In this document: piece after piece, positions 31,053 to 50,782 of the stretch | How positions within the stretch are numbered: position 1 is the stretch's first letter | Layout: every line of letters starts with the position of its first letter | Assembly (NCBI RefSeq): GCF_009914755.1 | Contig: NC_060931.1 | Length of the DNA stretch: 64,000 nucleotides | Origin: the human T2T-CHM13v2.0 reference genome, Homo sapiens | Reading direction: 5' to 3' (one strand) | Made by a program: the position numbers and the translations under genes | The notes under the pieces: model-generated | The model's database searches: none | Told to the model about the DNA's origin: nothing | What the model saw: the letters and a program-made list of their open reading frames with translations, nothing else

Positions 31053-33619
31053 TGGTATGGTTTGGCTCTGTGTCCCCACCAAAATCTTATCTTGAATTAT
31101 ATTCCCATAATTTCCACGTGTTGTGGGAGGGACCCTGTGGGAGATAATTGAATCATGGGGGCAGTTTCCCCCAAACTGTTCTTGTGGTAGTGAATAAATA
31201 TCTCAAAGATCTGATGGTTTTTTTTCTTTTTTAAATTTTACTTTAAGTTCTGGGATACATGTACTGAACATGCAGGTTTATTACATAGCTATACATGTGC
31301 CATGGTGGTTTGCTGCATCATCATGCAGGTTTTAAGTCCTGCATGCATTAGGTATTTTTCCCAATGCTCTCCCTCCCCTTCCCCCCTACCACCCAACAGG
31401 CCCCAGTGTGTGATGTTCCCCTCCCTGGGTCCATGTGTTCTCATTGTTCAACTCCCACTTGTTAGTGAGAACATGCGGTGTTTGGTTTTCTATTCCTGTG
31501 TTAGTTTGCTGAGGATGATGGTTTCCAGCTTCATCCATGTCCCTGCAAAGGACATGAACTCATTTTTTATGGCTGCATAGTATTCCATGGTGTATATGTG
31601 CCACATTTTCTTTATCCAGTCCATAACTGATGGGCATTTGGGTTGGTTGCAAGTCTTTGCTATTGTAAATAGTGCTGCAATAAACATACGTGTGCCTGTG
31701 TCTTTATGGTAGAATGATTTATAATCCTTTGGGTATATACCCAGTAATGGGATTGCTGGGTCAAATGGTATTTCTGGTTCTAGATCCTTGAAGAATTGCC
31801 ACACTGTCTTCTACAATGGTTGAACTAATTTACACTCCCACCAACAGTGTAAAAGCATTCCTATTTCTCCACAATCTCGCCAGCATCTGTTGTTTCCCAA
31901 CTTCTTAGTGATTGCCATTCTAACTGGTGTGAGATGGCATCTCAGTGTGGTTTTGATTTGCATTTCTCTAATGACCAGTGATGATGACCTTTTTTTCATA
32001 AGTTTGTTGGCCACATAAATATCTTCTTTTGAGAAGTGTCTGTTCGTATCCTTTGCCCACTTTTCAATGGGGCTGTTTGTTTTTGTCTTGTAAATTTGCT
32101 TAAGTTCCTTGTCGATTCTGGATATTAATTAGACCTTTGTCAGATGGATAGATTGCAAAAATTTTCTCCCATTCTGTAGGTTGCCTGTTCACTCTGATGA
32201 TAGTTTCTTTTGCTGAGCAGAAGCTCTTTAGTTTAATTAGATCAATTTTAGCTTTTGTTGCAATTGCTTTTGGTGTTTTAGTCATGAAGTCTTTGCCCAT
32301 GCCTATGTCCTGAACCGTATTGCCTAGGTTTTCTTCTAGGGTTTTTATGGTTTTAGGTTTTACATGTAAGTCGTTAATCCATCTTGAGTTAATTTTTGTA
32401 TAAGGTGTGAGGAAGGGTTCCAGTTTCTGTTTTCTGCATATGGCTAGCCAGTTTTCCCAGCACCATTTATTAAATAGGGAATCCTTTCCCCATTGCTTGT
32501 TTTTGTCAGGTTTGTTGAAGATCAGATGGTTGTAGATGTGTGGTGTTATTTCTGAGGCCTCTGTTCTGTTCCATTGGCCTATATATCTGTTTTGGTACCA
32601 GTAACATGCTGTTTTGGTTACTGTAGCCTTGTAGTATAATTTGAAGTCAAGTAGCACGATGCCTCCAGCTTTGTTCTTTTGGCTTAGCATTGTCTTGGGT
32701 ATATGGGCTCTTTTTTGGTTCCATATGAAATTTAAAGTAGCTTTTTCTAGTTCTATGAAGAAAGTCAATGGTAACTTGATGGGAATAGCATTGAATCTGT
32801 AAATTACTTTGGGCAGTATAGCCATTTTCACAATATTGATTCTGCCTATCCAAGAGCATGGAATTTTTTCCATTTGTTTGTGTCCTGTCTTATTTCCTTG
32901 AGCAGTGGTTTGTAGTTCTCCTTGAAGAGGTCCTTCACATCCCTTGTAAGCTGTATTCCCAGGTATTTTATTTTCTTTGTAGCAATTGTGAATGGGAGTT
33001 CACTCATGATTTGGCTCTCTCCTTGTCTATTATTGGTGTATAGGAATGCTTGTGATTTTTGCACATCGATTTTGTATCATGAGACTTTGCTGAAGTTGTT
33101 TACCAGCTTAAGGAGTTTTGGGGCTGGGACAATGGGGTTTTCTAAATATACAATCATGTCATCTGCAAACAGAGATAATTTGACTTCCTCTCTTCCTATT
33201 TGAATACGCTTTATTTCTTTCTCTTGCCTGATTGTCCTGGCCAGAACTTCCAATACTACGTTGAATAGGAGTGGTGAGAGAGGGCATCCTTTTTTTGTGC
33301 TGGTTTTCAAAGCGAATGCTTCCAGCTTTTGCCTACTCAGTATGATATTGGCTATGGGTTTGTCATAAATAGCTCTTACTATTTTGAGATATGTTCTGAG
33401 ATAGGTTGGTTTTATCAGGGGTTTCCGCGTTTGCATCTTCCTCATTCTCTTGGCCTGCTGCCATCCATGTAAGATGAGACTTGCTCCTCCTTGCCTTCTG
33501 CCATGATTGTGAGGTTTCCCCAGCCATGTGGAACTGTAAGTCCAGTTAAATCTCTTTCTTTTGTAAATTGCCTACACTTGGGTATGTCTTTATCAGCAGT
33601 GTGAAAATGGACTAATACA
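31053..33619 (+). mobile_element. THE1 (B/C-like) solo LTR interrupted by L1
   Basis: tggtatggtttggctctgtgtcccc...gaaaatggactaataca; perfect 5-bp TSD cctcc. Confidence 0.92.
31218..33396 (-). mobile_element. 5'-truncated L1PA8-like LINE-1 (disrupted ORF2 3' part and 3' UTR)
   Basis: ORF pieces 31490-33445 are ORF2 ([20 protein letters not shown]-terminal domain); 3' UTR ggttttaagtcctgcatgcattaggta is L1PA8-type. Confidence 0.92.
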
Positions 33620-33670
33620 CCTCCCTTGTTCTAATATCCAACTCCTGGTTCCCCTTTCATAAAATATAGC

Positions 33671-34105
33671 TGTAAAAGAAAAATAAATCCTAAATAATCA
33701 CTAAGCTAAAGGGAAAAGTCAAGCTGGGAACTGCTTAGGGCAAACCTGCCTCCCATAGTATCCCTCTGCTCACTGAGATAGATGCATATCTGATTGCCTC
33801 CTCTGGAAAGGCTAACCAGAAACTCAAAAGAATGCAACGATTTGTCTCTCAGCTACCTGTGACCTGGAAGCTCCCTCCCTGCTTCGAGTTGTCCCTCCTT
33901 TCTGGACGGAACCAATGTACATCTTACATATACTGATTGATGTCTCATGTCTCACTAAAATGTATAAAACCAAGCTGTGCCCCGACCACCTTGGGCACAT
34001 GTCATCAGGACCTCCTGAGGCTGTGCCATGGGTGCATGTTCTCAACCTTGGCAAAATAAACTTTCTAAATTAACTAAGACCTGTCTCAGATTTTCAGGGT
34101 TCACA
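33671..34105 (+). mobile_element. ERV1 solo LTR, MER4A-like
   Basis: tgtaaaagaaaaataaa...gggaaaagtcaagctgggaactgcttagggc...ggcaaaataaactttct...gggttcaca. Confidence 0.88.
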
Positions 34106-34139
34106 AGCGTAAGCGTATCATCCCAAGGACCAGAAGTAC

Positions 34140-34805
34140 ATTTTATTTTTTATTTTTTAAATTGACCATCTTTACTATTTTTAAGTCAATAGTTCTGTGG
34201 TAATAAATACATTTATATCCTTTTTTTCCCCTTCATCTCTCCATCTCTCTCCCCTTTCCAGGCTCTGGTAGACACCAATCTTCTCTGTACCATCATGATA
34301 TCCACTTTTTTAACTCCTACATATAAGTGAGAATGTGATATTTATCTTTCTGTGCCTGGCTTCTTTCATTTAACATAATGGCCTCCAGTTTCATCCACAT
34401 TGCTGCAAATGACAGGATTTCATTCTTTTCGTGGCTGAATAACATCCCACCATCTATATAAACCATATTTTTGGCCAGGCATGGTGGCTGTAATCCCAGC
34501 ACTTTGGGAGGCCAGGGTACGCAGATCACTTGAGATCAGGAGGTCAAGAACAGCCTGGCCAACATGGCAAAACCCGGTCTCTACTAAAAATACACAAATT
34601 AGCCAGGCGTGGTGGCACACCCCTGTAATCCCAGTTACTTGGGAGGCTGAGGCACGAGAATCACTTGAACCCGGGAGGCAAAGGTGCAGTGAGCTGAGAT
34701 TGCACCACTGCACTCCAGCCTGAGTGACAGAGTGAGACTCTATCCCCAAAAAATAAATAATGAAAATAAATTACATTTTCTTTGTCCGTTCATATGTTGA
34801 TGGGC
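34140..34805 (-). mobile_element. L1MA-type 3' fragment, split by an Alu
   Basis: ccagtttcatccacattgctgcaaatgacaggatttcattc (EILSFAAMWMKLE). Confidence 0.8.
34473..34770 (+). mobile_element. AluS-type SINE
   Basis: Dimer with A-rich tail. Confidence 0.95.
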
Positions 34806-35806
34806 CAGAAGGACATATTTTTGTATTATTCCTCTGATTAGTGATTAATTCAGCAAATACTTCTTGTCTCCCACATGCACCAGGAATAGTGTGGCGTGAA
34901 GCACCACCTCAGTCCCTGACCCTATGGAATTTTAGGATGAGTGGGAAAAACAGATGTTGGGCAATAACAGCAAAAGTGAGGCGCCATCAAAAGGAAGTGC
35001 ATGGGAAACCAGAGCGCACAAAAAGAGGTCAGGGCCAAGTCTGGGATGTCCAAAAAGATCACCCGGATGAACTGATACTGACATTTAAGCCAAGACCTAG
35101 AGGATGAACAAGAGCAAGCTTGGGAGAAGCGGGTAGGCACGGGCAACAACAACAAATAAAAAGGCGGGGGGGTAAGCTTCTCCAGACACAGGAAACAGGG
35201 CTGAGTACATAAGCCACCTGAAGCTAGTGAAAGCAACCGGTAGAGCCTGATTCTTTGTCTATTTTGTCTTCCTTAAGGACTTCAAAGTGACACAGAAGCC
35301 TCAGAACCACCAGCGGCTTGAGGAGATTCACCCATTCATTCAGTCAGCACATGTTCACTCATGGCCCACAACGTGCCCAGGGTTATTCCAGGTGCTAGAA
35401 ATTCAAAGCCAAACAACACAAAGTCCTAACCTGCTCTGCTTCTCTGAGGCGGGAGGAAAAAATGCCCCCAGAGGGAGAATCACTCACGAAGGATGAAAGC
35501 AGCCACCTGGCAGATGAGTGGAGCCCTGGTTACTAGCTAAGTTGAGATTAACTCAAGGGACATGTCAGGGGTCATTGACCTGACTAGCAGAGGAATTGGA
35601 TTTACTTTGGGAAATATATTAGGATTTTAAAGACGGCAAAAAGAATTTTACTTAGCAGGTAAGACTATTCATTTTAGGACTGAATCGGTGAATTTGGGAG
35701 AGTTTGAGGCTTGATCAAAAAGAGGTGGTGATGAATTAGCCATTCCAGTAAAAGTAGCCAACAGACTTAATATTGGACATCCAGAAAGTGTAGTAAGGAA
35801 TGCTGA

Positions 35807-36143
<337 letters not shown>

Positions 36144-36555
36144 GATGCTGTTTATTTTTAGTAAAGGATCAGAACCATATGAGAGCTGCTCAAAACATAC
36201 TAGGAATACAGCTAAAAATAGGATTTCATATGCAGGAGCTGGTCAGAAATGTTTCAGGTAAGGAGAACAATGCCTTTTGTTTACCTACAGAAATGTTAAG
36301 AGCATAACCTTTATATTACCAGTGCCTTTCGCAAAATAGGTTTAAAAACAAAATAGATGAAGGAAGGGAAGAAAATCATCTAGACACGGCAGGAAATCAT
36401 CACATCGTAAAACACTGCTGTGGCAGCCTTGGGGATCCAGATAAAGGCAGGGATGTGGCTGAGGATGTAAAAGAACAAAGAGGTATTTCTAAGAGAGATC
36501 ACAATGAGATGGGAAAATTAAAGGAATTACATGGGAAACAGAAGGAAATCAACTA

Positions 36556-36883
<328 letters not shown>

Positions 36884-37944
36884 TCAGCAAAGGGTTCTAA
36901 AAGTAAAAGTCGGGGTGAAAATGGCTATACTGTGCCAACAGAAGGGTCTAGTGAAATTCATGCAAATAAAAACCAAAAAGAATGAGAAGAGCAGGCCACT
37001 GTAGACCAAGCTAAAGACCCACAATGAGAACAGAAGAGGAAGGAGGCCAGTGGAGAGCCAGAGGGGAGAGAAAAGGGGGCTAAACATGAAAAGAAGAAGG
37101 AAAATGGTTGTTCAGATTCTTGAAGCAATTATGAAAGTCACAAACACAGATAAAGCTCAGCTCAAGGAAAGATCGTGTGCCGCCTGGAGCATGAAAACAC
37201 AGTCGTGAGCTTTAGCCCACAGGAGTCTCAAAGAAAATGAGAGACGATCTGTTTGTTTCTCTTAGCTGCTTACAAAGAGAACTATACCCATGAAGGCATT
37301 TCTTTAAAAGTTGTCTCACCAATTAACAAAAATAGAAGAGAAGGGTACAGAAATGACAACTGTACTGAAGAACATATTTTAAAAGTTTGGAATCGTTTTT
37401 GGTTGAAAGGTCTATGATCACAATGCAAACTTGAAATGTGAAAAAGTGCATCTGTGAAGGTTTATGCTACTTCTACCCTCTGCAGTAGCAGAGAAGGAGA
37501 GAGGAAGGAAAAACAGAAATATGTGTGAAAGATGAAACGATTTCAGGCTTTGAAACTCTCCTGAGTACAAGAAAGGTGACAATGAATTTTGCTGATGTTG
37601 GACAAAGTTGATCATGCTAGAAATGACCAAACTCGAAGTCAAAATGAAGCCAAATCCAGACAGGCAAGGTTAAACGTCCAAGATGAAATTGCCCCTTTTC
37701 TATAAACTGTATCTACAATACTACAACGTGCTATGATTACAAAAACAGAGGGAGAACAAGTAGAACAGCATTTATATTTAGGAAAAGGCAGGATAAAGTA
37801 AAATGTATTGTATTTCATGATCACACTAACAATTATCAGAATTACCTTCTCAGAAGTGGGACACTGTAGAAGAGGAATATGGAAATTAACAAATTCCTAT
37901 AGTGGAAGAGGATAAATTACATGAGGAGTGATAAAAATCTCACT

Positions 37945-38340
37945 TTTTTTAATGAGGTCGGCATAACTCTGATACCAAAACCTGACTGAGATTACATGAA
38001 AAAAAACTATAGACCAATATCCCTCATGAACATAGATGCAAAAATCTGTATATGATTTGATCCAGCAATCCCACTTGGAGCAGTTTATCCTAACGAAGCC
38101 CCCTTAGAGCTGTACAAAGATAGGAACAGACAGGCTTGTTCATCACAGCGTTATGCTTTTGTTGTTGTTTGATTAAACTTTTTAAAATTAAACTTTTAAT
38201 TTTAAGATAATTATAGATTCATGTGTCATTGTAAAAACTGAGAAGAAATTCCCACATATCCTTTACCCAGTTTCCCCCAATACTAACATCCTGCAAATTT
38301 TCAGTACAGTATCACAACCATGATGTTGACATTGATACAA
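37945..38340. mobile_element. Small old L1 fragments in mixed orientation
   Basis: aactatagaccaatatccctcatgaacatagatgcaaaa (NYRPISLMNIDAK, +) followed by an antisense L1M 3' end. Confidence 0.7.
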
Positions 38341-39567
38341 AGTAATTTTGGATATGCACATTGAAAAAGGACCTAGAAATTATGGAGAAATTTCCACTGA
38401 AGACTAATTTCTGTTCTGCATTAATGCTAAGTTAATGAGTATATCACTTCCAAAGGCAAGGAAAAAAGTTTTCATCCACTGTGTTTATCCACTCTTTCAT
38501 TGTATTAGCTCTGGAAAGTAATTTTTGTTTATTCAGCATTTGGACATGCTACATAAACGTGCTTCATAATACATCATCGGTTTCTTTTTCTGACAAAGAT
38601 AAACAAATGCATCATGAATGAAGGAAAGGTTTTGTCTTACCCCTCATTTTAAACCCCACCTAGCACCCTTCCCCTTGGGGTCTTCCCTCTTGAGAGCCAG
38701 TGGACTTGAGCATGGAAAAGCAGTGTTTTGTCATCTCTGCCCATTTCTTCTCCTGGCATGTTGCAAAGATGTATGCTGAGCTGAGAAGCATACACAGTCA
38801 CATTGATTACATAGTCACGTTTTTAAAAATTCCTTCCTTCAGTGCTAAAGGTCAGAGGCATATCACTGACTGCCAGCTGTTTTCTGAGAATAGAGCAATT
38901 CTCTTTTTAAGCTGATTTTGATTGACATTTGGGTTGCCACTTCGGTGAACCTCTTTGGGCACTCACATAGCTGTTGTTCCATGAACTCTGCTCCAGTGCA
39001 CATTGTCTAGTCTGTATCACGGCACACAAAGTCACCAATAACACGGCTTCATAAACTTCTTCTGTAGCGTGAATTTTCAATGATAAGAAGAACAAATTGC
39101 CATCAAGTGCTTCTCCTGTTCTCTTTTTCAAGAACTGACTCATACTTTATATGCAGCAAACTTATACTGCTATAAAGCAAAACTATTGCTGTGCTCTTCT
39201 GTATTTTATGCCATATAAATGATGTGACATCTTACAGAGTCATATGATTTAGGAATTTAGCCAGTAGTTTGTTCTATTTTTCTCTCTGAGCTCAGAACTA
39301 TGTGGCACTCACTTTTGCAGCTGGTTTTATAAGTTCTCCCACAACTGTGTAACTAATAGTATTCTTGCTATGGAAAGTATAACGGGGTAAACTTTGAATG
39401 AACTTTGAGGAGTTTTGGTCTCATCTCCACTTTTAGTAATGAAATTTATTTATTTCATGCTGGGAGACTTATTTTGTCTTTGAAGGGAGCATGAAAAGAA
39501 AAACTTGGTTTATTAAGGTGGTTGCTGTATATTGTTAGAAAATGATGTGGACAAATTAACAGTTTCA

Positions 39568-40041
<474 letters not shown>

Positions 40042-41005
40042 GTTTTGGAAGAAAATAAACTGAGAGTAGGTTGCAAATGGGCCAGTAAAACGGAGGGGTT
40101 TTTTTGGTATTTTTTTAACTGCATTTCCCATCTGTAATTCTCTTGTTAGGCTGATTTTGATCATCATTCCCCTCCCAGATATGTTTTTTCCAGTTCATAC
40201 AGATCTGCATTCTGCAGTTCCACATTCACTTCAGATGTTTACCTTTTGTAAACCAAAAATACAATTCTAAGCCGCTCATCCGACTGAATGGACTCCTCCT
40301 CTTAGCCAAGGGGATTTCAAAGTAAATCTGAAATACTAATTCAGGCCATGATGGGAAGGAGAGGTAGGGCATGCCTCCTGATACCTTCCTCCCTTTGGAG
40401 TTCAGGCACAATTGACCAGCATTAACATCAAAACAGAAATCTTAAGACTGACAAAACAGACCCTCTGTGGCAGTAAGATACCAAATTCCAACCTGATTCC
40501 AGTATAGCATCACATGACAGATAGCAGGTCCTAAAAGAAATCAAGATACTTTACTCCAAAATACATTTCTTTGACATATTTTGAAGTGGCCCTGCAAAGC
40601 TGTCTCTTGTGGGGGAAATTTACATTCTGTACAGAATCTCAGTCCCTCTCCAGGTCTTTTTCTGATCCTGAGATTAGCTGAGAGTCCAGCAACTTTTAAA
40701 GGTCTGAATAGGAAACATTTGCCATCTACTGCCACTAAAGGTGTCCACCTATGAGACTTCATCTACATAATAAGAACCTTGGTCTCTACAACCCCTTATC
40801 TTAACCCAGACACTCCTTTTTGTTGACTCTGGGTATTTAGATAGTAATTTGACTCTGTCAATCAACTGTCGATCAGGGAATCTTTGAACCACCCATGACC
40901 TGGAAGTCCCTGCATCAAGACGTCCCATCTCTCCAGGCCAAACCAATGTAAACTTTACATGTATTTGATGTGGGCAGGCAGGCGAGCCTGGAAATTGGGG
41001 CTTAG

Positions 41006-41370
<365 letters not shown>

Positions 41371-41639
41371 GACAGCAATCTTTTATTGAACCAGAGCTGC
41401 TCTTTGTGGATGAGGTCTAACTCCTATACAGCGTGCTCAGAGTAGCAGATCATGGGATGTTGGCAGCTGTACTTATGCCCACTTTTAATTACATGCAAAT
41501 TAAAGGGTGGATTATTCAGAAATCTCTAGAAAAGGGGCGGTAACTTCTGGGTCATTGCCCTGGCATTTGCAAACAGTCATGATGCTAGTGGGAGTGTCTT
41601 ATGCTAATGAGCAGCAAGGGCAATGAGTGGTTGCCTTCA

Positions 41640-41688
41640 GTGCCGCCTGCTGGTTCCTACTTCACTTCAGTTGGGCGCCATCTGCTGG
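41640..41688 (-). promoter_or_regulatory. Two tandem CTCF-like motifs
   Basis: On -: ccagcagatggcgc (41675-41688, full consensus match) and ccagcaggcggcac (41640-41653, one mismatch). Confidence 0.5.
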
Positions 41689-41959
41689 TTGTTGCCAGTT
41701 TCTTTACTTCATCCTGTCAGACCCGCTAGTCTCCTACCTCATATTGATTGATGTCTGCCTGTAACCTCTGTCCCCTTAAAATGCATAAAATCGAACTGTA
41801 ACCCAAACACCTTGGGCATATGTTCTCGGGACCTCCTGGGGCTGTGTCATGGGTCATGGTCCTCACATTTGGCTAGGAATCAATTTTTTCAAATATTTTA
41901 CAAAGTTTGGCTTTTTTCATCAACAATTTTTATTTTAATCCCTTTTGAATCATCGATCC

Positions 41960-42500
41960 ATTCTTGTGCATAGAGGATATGACATAACAGCAATTTTGAA
42001 AAATTCAACTTTAACAAACAATGATGTGTAAACTATACAGAAAGATATCGGAGGCAAACTGCCTCCTATTAAGTAATGCTAACTGACATGAGCTGACCAA
42101 CAGGTTCCTTGCACCGCGTGGTCAGCCCCTCCGTCCAGCTTCTCCTCTGGAAATAGACAAGATCATTGTGAGAATGAGAAATATTCTTTGGAAGGGACCT
42201 GCCTGGTACACAGTGAATTATCCAAAAGAATGGCTGTAACTGTAGTGAAAACAGTGCTCAGAAAGTGAAATGAAAAACCAAGATGTTTCTTATGAACTCT
42301 CAAGAACAAGGAGAAGTAAGAGAGTAGAAGAAGCGGACAGAAGCATCCAGAACCTGACCCAGCAGCTGCGGGTGAGCAACGCACTCCATCAAGCACAAGA
42401 GAAGAACAACAGAAGTGGTTTGGAGTCTGAAGGACACAGGCTGAGTTCTCAGACGCTGCCGAGCAGAACAACTGTGCTTCAAGTGAGGACTGCAACAAAG
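41960..42500 (+). mobile_element. Possible second RTE-like LINE remnant (thumb and C-terminal region)
   Basis: STLTNND..KDI (42005-42049), GCNCSE..KTKMFLM and EQQKWFG (42404-42424) follow the RTE C-terminal motif order. Confidence 0.35.
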
Positions 42501-42624
42501 CAAGAAATGCTCACAGATTCTAAAGAGGCAAAAGGATCCATAAGGGAATTCAACTCAAGTGGGGCAAACACGTCATGCAAGCAGACTGACTATTCTTGGA
42601 AATTTCTAGGAAAATTAGAAATTC

Positions 42625-42817
42625 TCAGGTCAGGACTGGGTAAGGTACTGCATACCCAAAATTTAAGGGAGCACCAAAAATCTCAGTAATTGAGATAAAT
42701 AATAGTTTAATGCAGAAAAAAAACCCCGCTATGAACAAAATATCATGATTTTAAATAAAGACAGAACCAGTACTAGTTTTTCCTTTGCTTCAGGCTCCAA
42801 TCACTCAGCAGGCACTG
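42625..42817. mobile_element. MER96B-like DNA transposon
   Basis: aaaatttaagggagcaccaaaaatctcagtaattgagataaataat. Confidence 0.6.
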
Positions 42818-43198
42818 ATTCTAAGTATATGCCATTTTCTCTCCCCTAGTTGACTTTCTCAATCTCTCTACCCCAGCCCAGCTGGCTCTTGCTAATCCTA
42901 CACGTGAGACAATGACAGTTATCTTTGTGCTTAACCCCAGTGCATGGGCATACAGATTCCATCACCTGTTATTAAAAATGCAGTTTCTTTTTCCTCCCAT
43001 TAATCCATGAAGTCAAAATCTCTCTGAGGGTGAGGCCCTCCCCAGATGAGGCCTACGCATGTTGGAATTTGAGAGTCACAGTTCTAGGGCACTCTGTGTC
43101 CCTAGCTTTCTTAACATGAGTTCTGAAAAATCCTTTTTCCCTTAGTCAACAGAGAAATAAAACTTTTCAAAAGGAACATCAACTACAAGACTGAAAGG

Positions 43199-43549
<351 letters not shown>

Positions 43550-44122
43550 ACTATGTAAAAGCATAGAAACAGATGATTTTGCAAAGCACATACTTCTCCA
43601 CAGAAAATTCATGTTTAGTCAAAGATGGAAGTGTGCCCAGATGGTTTTGTTTCCTGGTTACTTTTTTCCCTCAGTCCAATCTCTAATACAGACGCATCTT
43701 CAGAGATATTCTTCAAAAACAATGTTCCATGGTCAGATAAGTTTGGGAAACACCGCATACTCTAACTCCATCTAGAAGTTTAACTTTTACATCAGTGTAT
43801 AAAAATCCAGCGATAAAGAAATGTGCTTATCTTGGCTTAACCCAGACCTTTCAAAGTTTATTCCAACACAGAATCATTTTTTTAATCAATCAAATTTTCA
43901 TTTCAAAAAATTTACATAACCACCTTGAAAGGAAGAAACAAATCCAAGTAACTTTTCTTTAAAGTTTCTTTATGCTACTTTATTTCTAATTACTTGGCAT
44001 TTTATATCAATTGTTTACATTTTTATATTAAAAGATGCATAGTTTTTTAAATTGTGGTAAAAATGTACGTTAACCACTTTCAAGCATACCATTCAGTAGT
44101 GTTAAGAATTTTCACCCTGTTA

Positions 44123-44447
44123 GGCCGGGCACGGTGGCTCACGCCTGTAATCCCAGCACTTTGGGAGGCTGAGGCAGGCAGACCATGAGGTCAGGAGATC
44201 AAGACCATCCTGGCTAACATGGTGAAACCCCGTCTCTACTAAAAAATACAAAAAAATTAGCTGGGCATGGTGGTGGGCACCTGTAGTCCCAGCTACTCAA
44301 GAGGCTGAGGCAGGAGAATGGCATGAACCTGGGAGGCAGAGCTTGCAGTGAGCCAAGATCCCTCCCATCCCTGCACTCCAGCCTGGGCGACAGAGCGAGA
44401 CTCTGTCTCAAAACAAACAAACAAACAAACAAACAAACAAACAAAAA
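44123..44447 (+). mobile_element. AluY-type SINE with (AAAC)n tail
   Basis: gaccatcctggctaac, ggagaatggcatgaac. Confidence 0.95.
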
Positions 44448-44876
44448 CTGAGTGTGTGAATCCTTCTATGGAGAAACAAAGCCCCCAAAAAAGTATCATC
44501 AAGAGTTTTGCAGAAGATGTAGAAATGTTCTTTGTGTAGCTCTTTCTAATACTGACCCTCAATAAATGTGAAGCTAAAATATGAACATGTAACTAAGTAA
44601 TGGTGTCTAAATTGATGTGGTAGAATGTGGACTACAGAAGAACTTTCCAGAAGTAGTTATAAATTACAGAATGGTGGTTATAAAAATGAACCTTAATTTC
44701 CTGTCAGTAGAACATAAGGTCATAATATTAATAAACTGACCACTCTCGTGGCCTTCCCAGGAAACCACAGTCTTCACATTTTTATATTTTATGTCATGCT
44801 GTACTTTTCTTCATACTTTTCAGTTTTCATTTGTTTGCAACATAGGACAACGCTGTAATTTTTTGTTACAATTTGG

Positions 44877-48985
<4,109 letters not shown>

Positions 48986-49499
48986 ATATTTTAAAAGAAT
49001 TTCTTCCAGTACTGAGGGGATAACCGTCTAGTGTTTACACTGATTTTAAATATCTTTCAGTCTGACACACATCCAGAGGCAATTTTTAATTGCTGCTTCT
49101 GACAAACTATAGCCACTTTGACTTCCCAAAAGTCTCTGACAAATAGCCTGGAAACTCCCACTCAAAAACGATCGTTCTTGTTTGTGAACCTTTCCGACAG
49201 ACCAGGCTGGCCAACTGTGTCATAATGTATTGCTGTAATTAAGCATTTTGACGGGAAACAGACTTGTTTATGTTCCTAGCCAATGTGCCCTGCTAGGTTT
49301 CACACCCGGAGCTGAAGACAGAAACTGAACAGGGAAGCCGGAGCGCAACAGAGGAGCCTGTCAGATATAGAAACTGTACATTTCTGCCAGAGCCTGGGGG
49401 GCAGTGTTGTTCTTGCCCATACTCGCTCTGTGACATCAACTGTATGGACTCAGATGGAACCGACTCTGACATTTGCTGTTTTAAAAGGCAGGCATGTTG

Positions 49500-49890
49500 G
49501 AAGTTCTTCCTCTGTGTTTCCAGTCCTAGTTAACAGCATAGCCATCCATCTGGTCAACCACGCTGGAAAATGCAGGGACAACCTTGATCTCTGCCTCTCC
49601 TTCCGCCTTGCATATTCAGTCCATCACATGGGCTTTCAATTCCATCTCAGAAAAGTGTTGAGACAAAATCCGTCCCTTTCCACCCCCATAATCACTATCG
49701 ATACTTTATGCCCTCATTTTTCTTGGACTAGTTTTCTTGACTTTAGTTAGATCCTTTTACCTAGCTTGAGTCTAACTCTCTTTAACTCAGCTTTTAAGCT
49801 GCTGCCTGGGTTATTTTTCTAAATCACAGATTATCCAGTGATCCCACTTAAAAAAAAAAAAAAAAAAAAACTTGACCCTAATCACCTGTA
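49500..49890 (+). mobile_element. L2 fragment
   Basis: gccatccatctggtcaaccacgctggaaaa...ccttgatctctgcctctcc. Confidence 0.6.
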
Positions 49891-50048
49891 ATCACCGGCA
49901 ACATTATTTTCCAAAATGAGATCTAGGGAACTCTAGCACTACAGGATTTTTACAGGTATTATTGGAAGCAAGGATTTTGTTTGGTAAACTACACTTAGGA
50001 CTGCGAAGTTAAAAGATGGGTTTATTATTCTTTATTATATAATGTGCC

Positions 50049-50338
50049 AGCTGGGCACAGTGGCTCACACCAGTAATCCCAGCACTTTGGGAGGCCAAGA
50101 CGGGCAGGAGTTCAAGACCAGTCTGGCTAACATGGCAAAACCCCGTTTCTACTAAAATACAAAAATTAGCCGGGGATGGTGGTGCACTCCTGTAATCCCA
50201 GCTACTCAGGAGGCTGAGGCAGGAGAATCACTTGAACCGGGAAGTGGAGGTTGCAATGAGCCGAGATCGCACCACTGCACTCCAGCCTGGGTGACAGAGT
50301 GAGACTCTGTCTCAAAATATAAAAAATAAAATAAAAAT
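50049..50338 (+). mobile_element. AluS-type SINE with left-arm deletion
   Basis: Dimer; TSD aatgtgcca. Confidence 0.95.
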
Positions 50339-50371
50339 GTGCCAGAGCCTTTAAAGTGCTCTTGTATATCA

Positions 50372-50782
<411 letters not shown>

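Noticed and set aside
42270-42689. 139-aa ORF with a coiled-coil look as a novel gene
   Set aside because: No recognisable domain, promoter or splice support; it ends inside a MER96B-like element and is better explained as RTE decay or chance.
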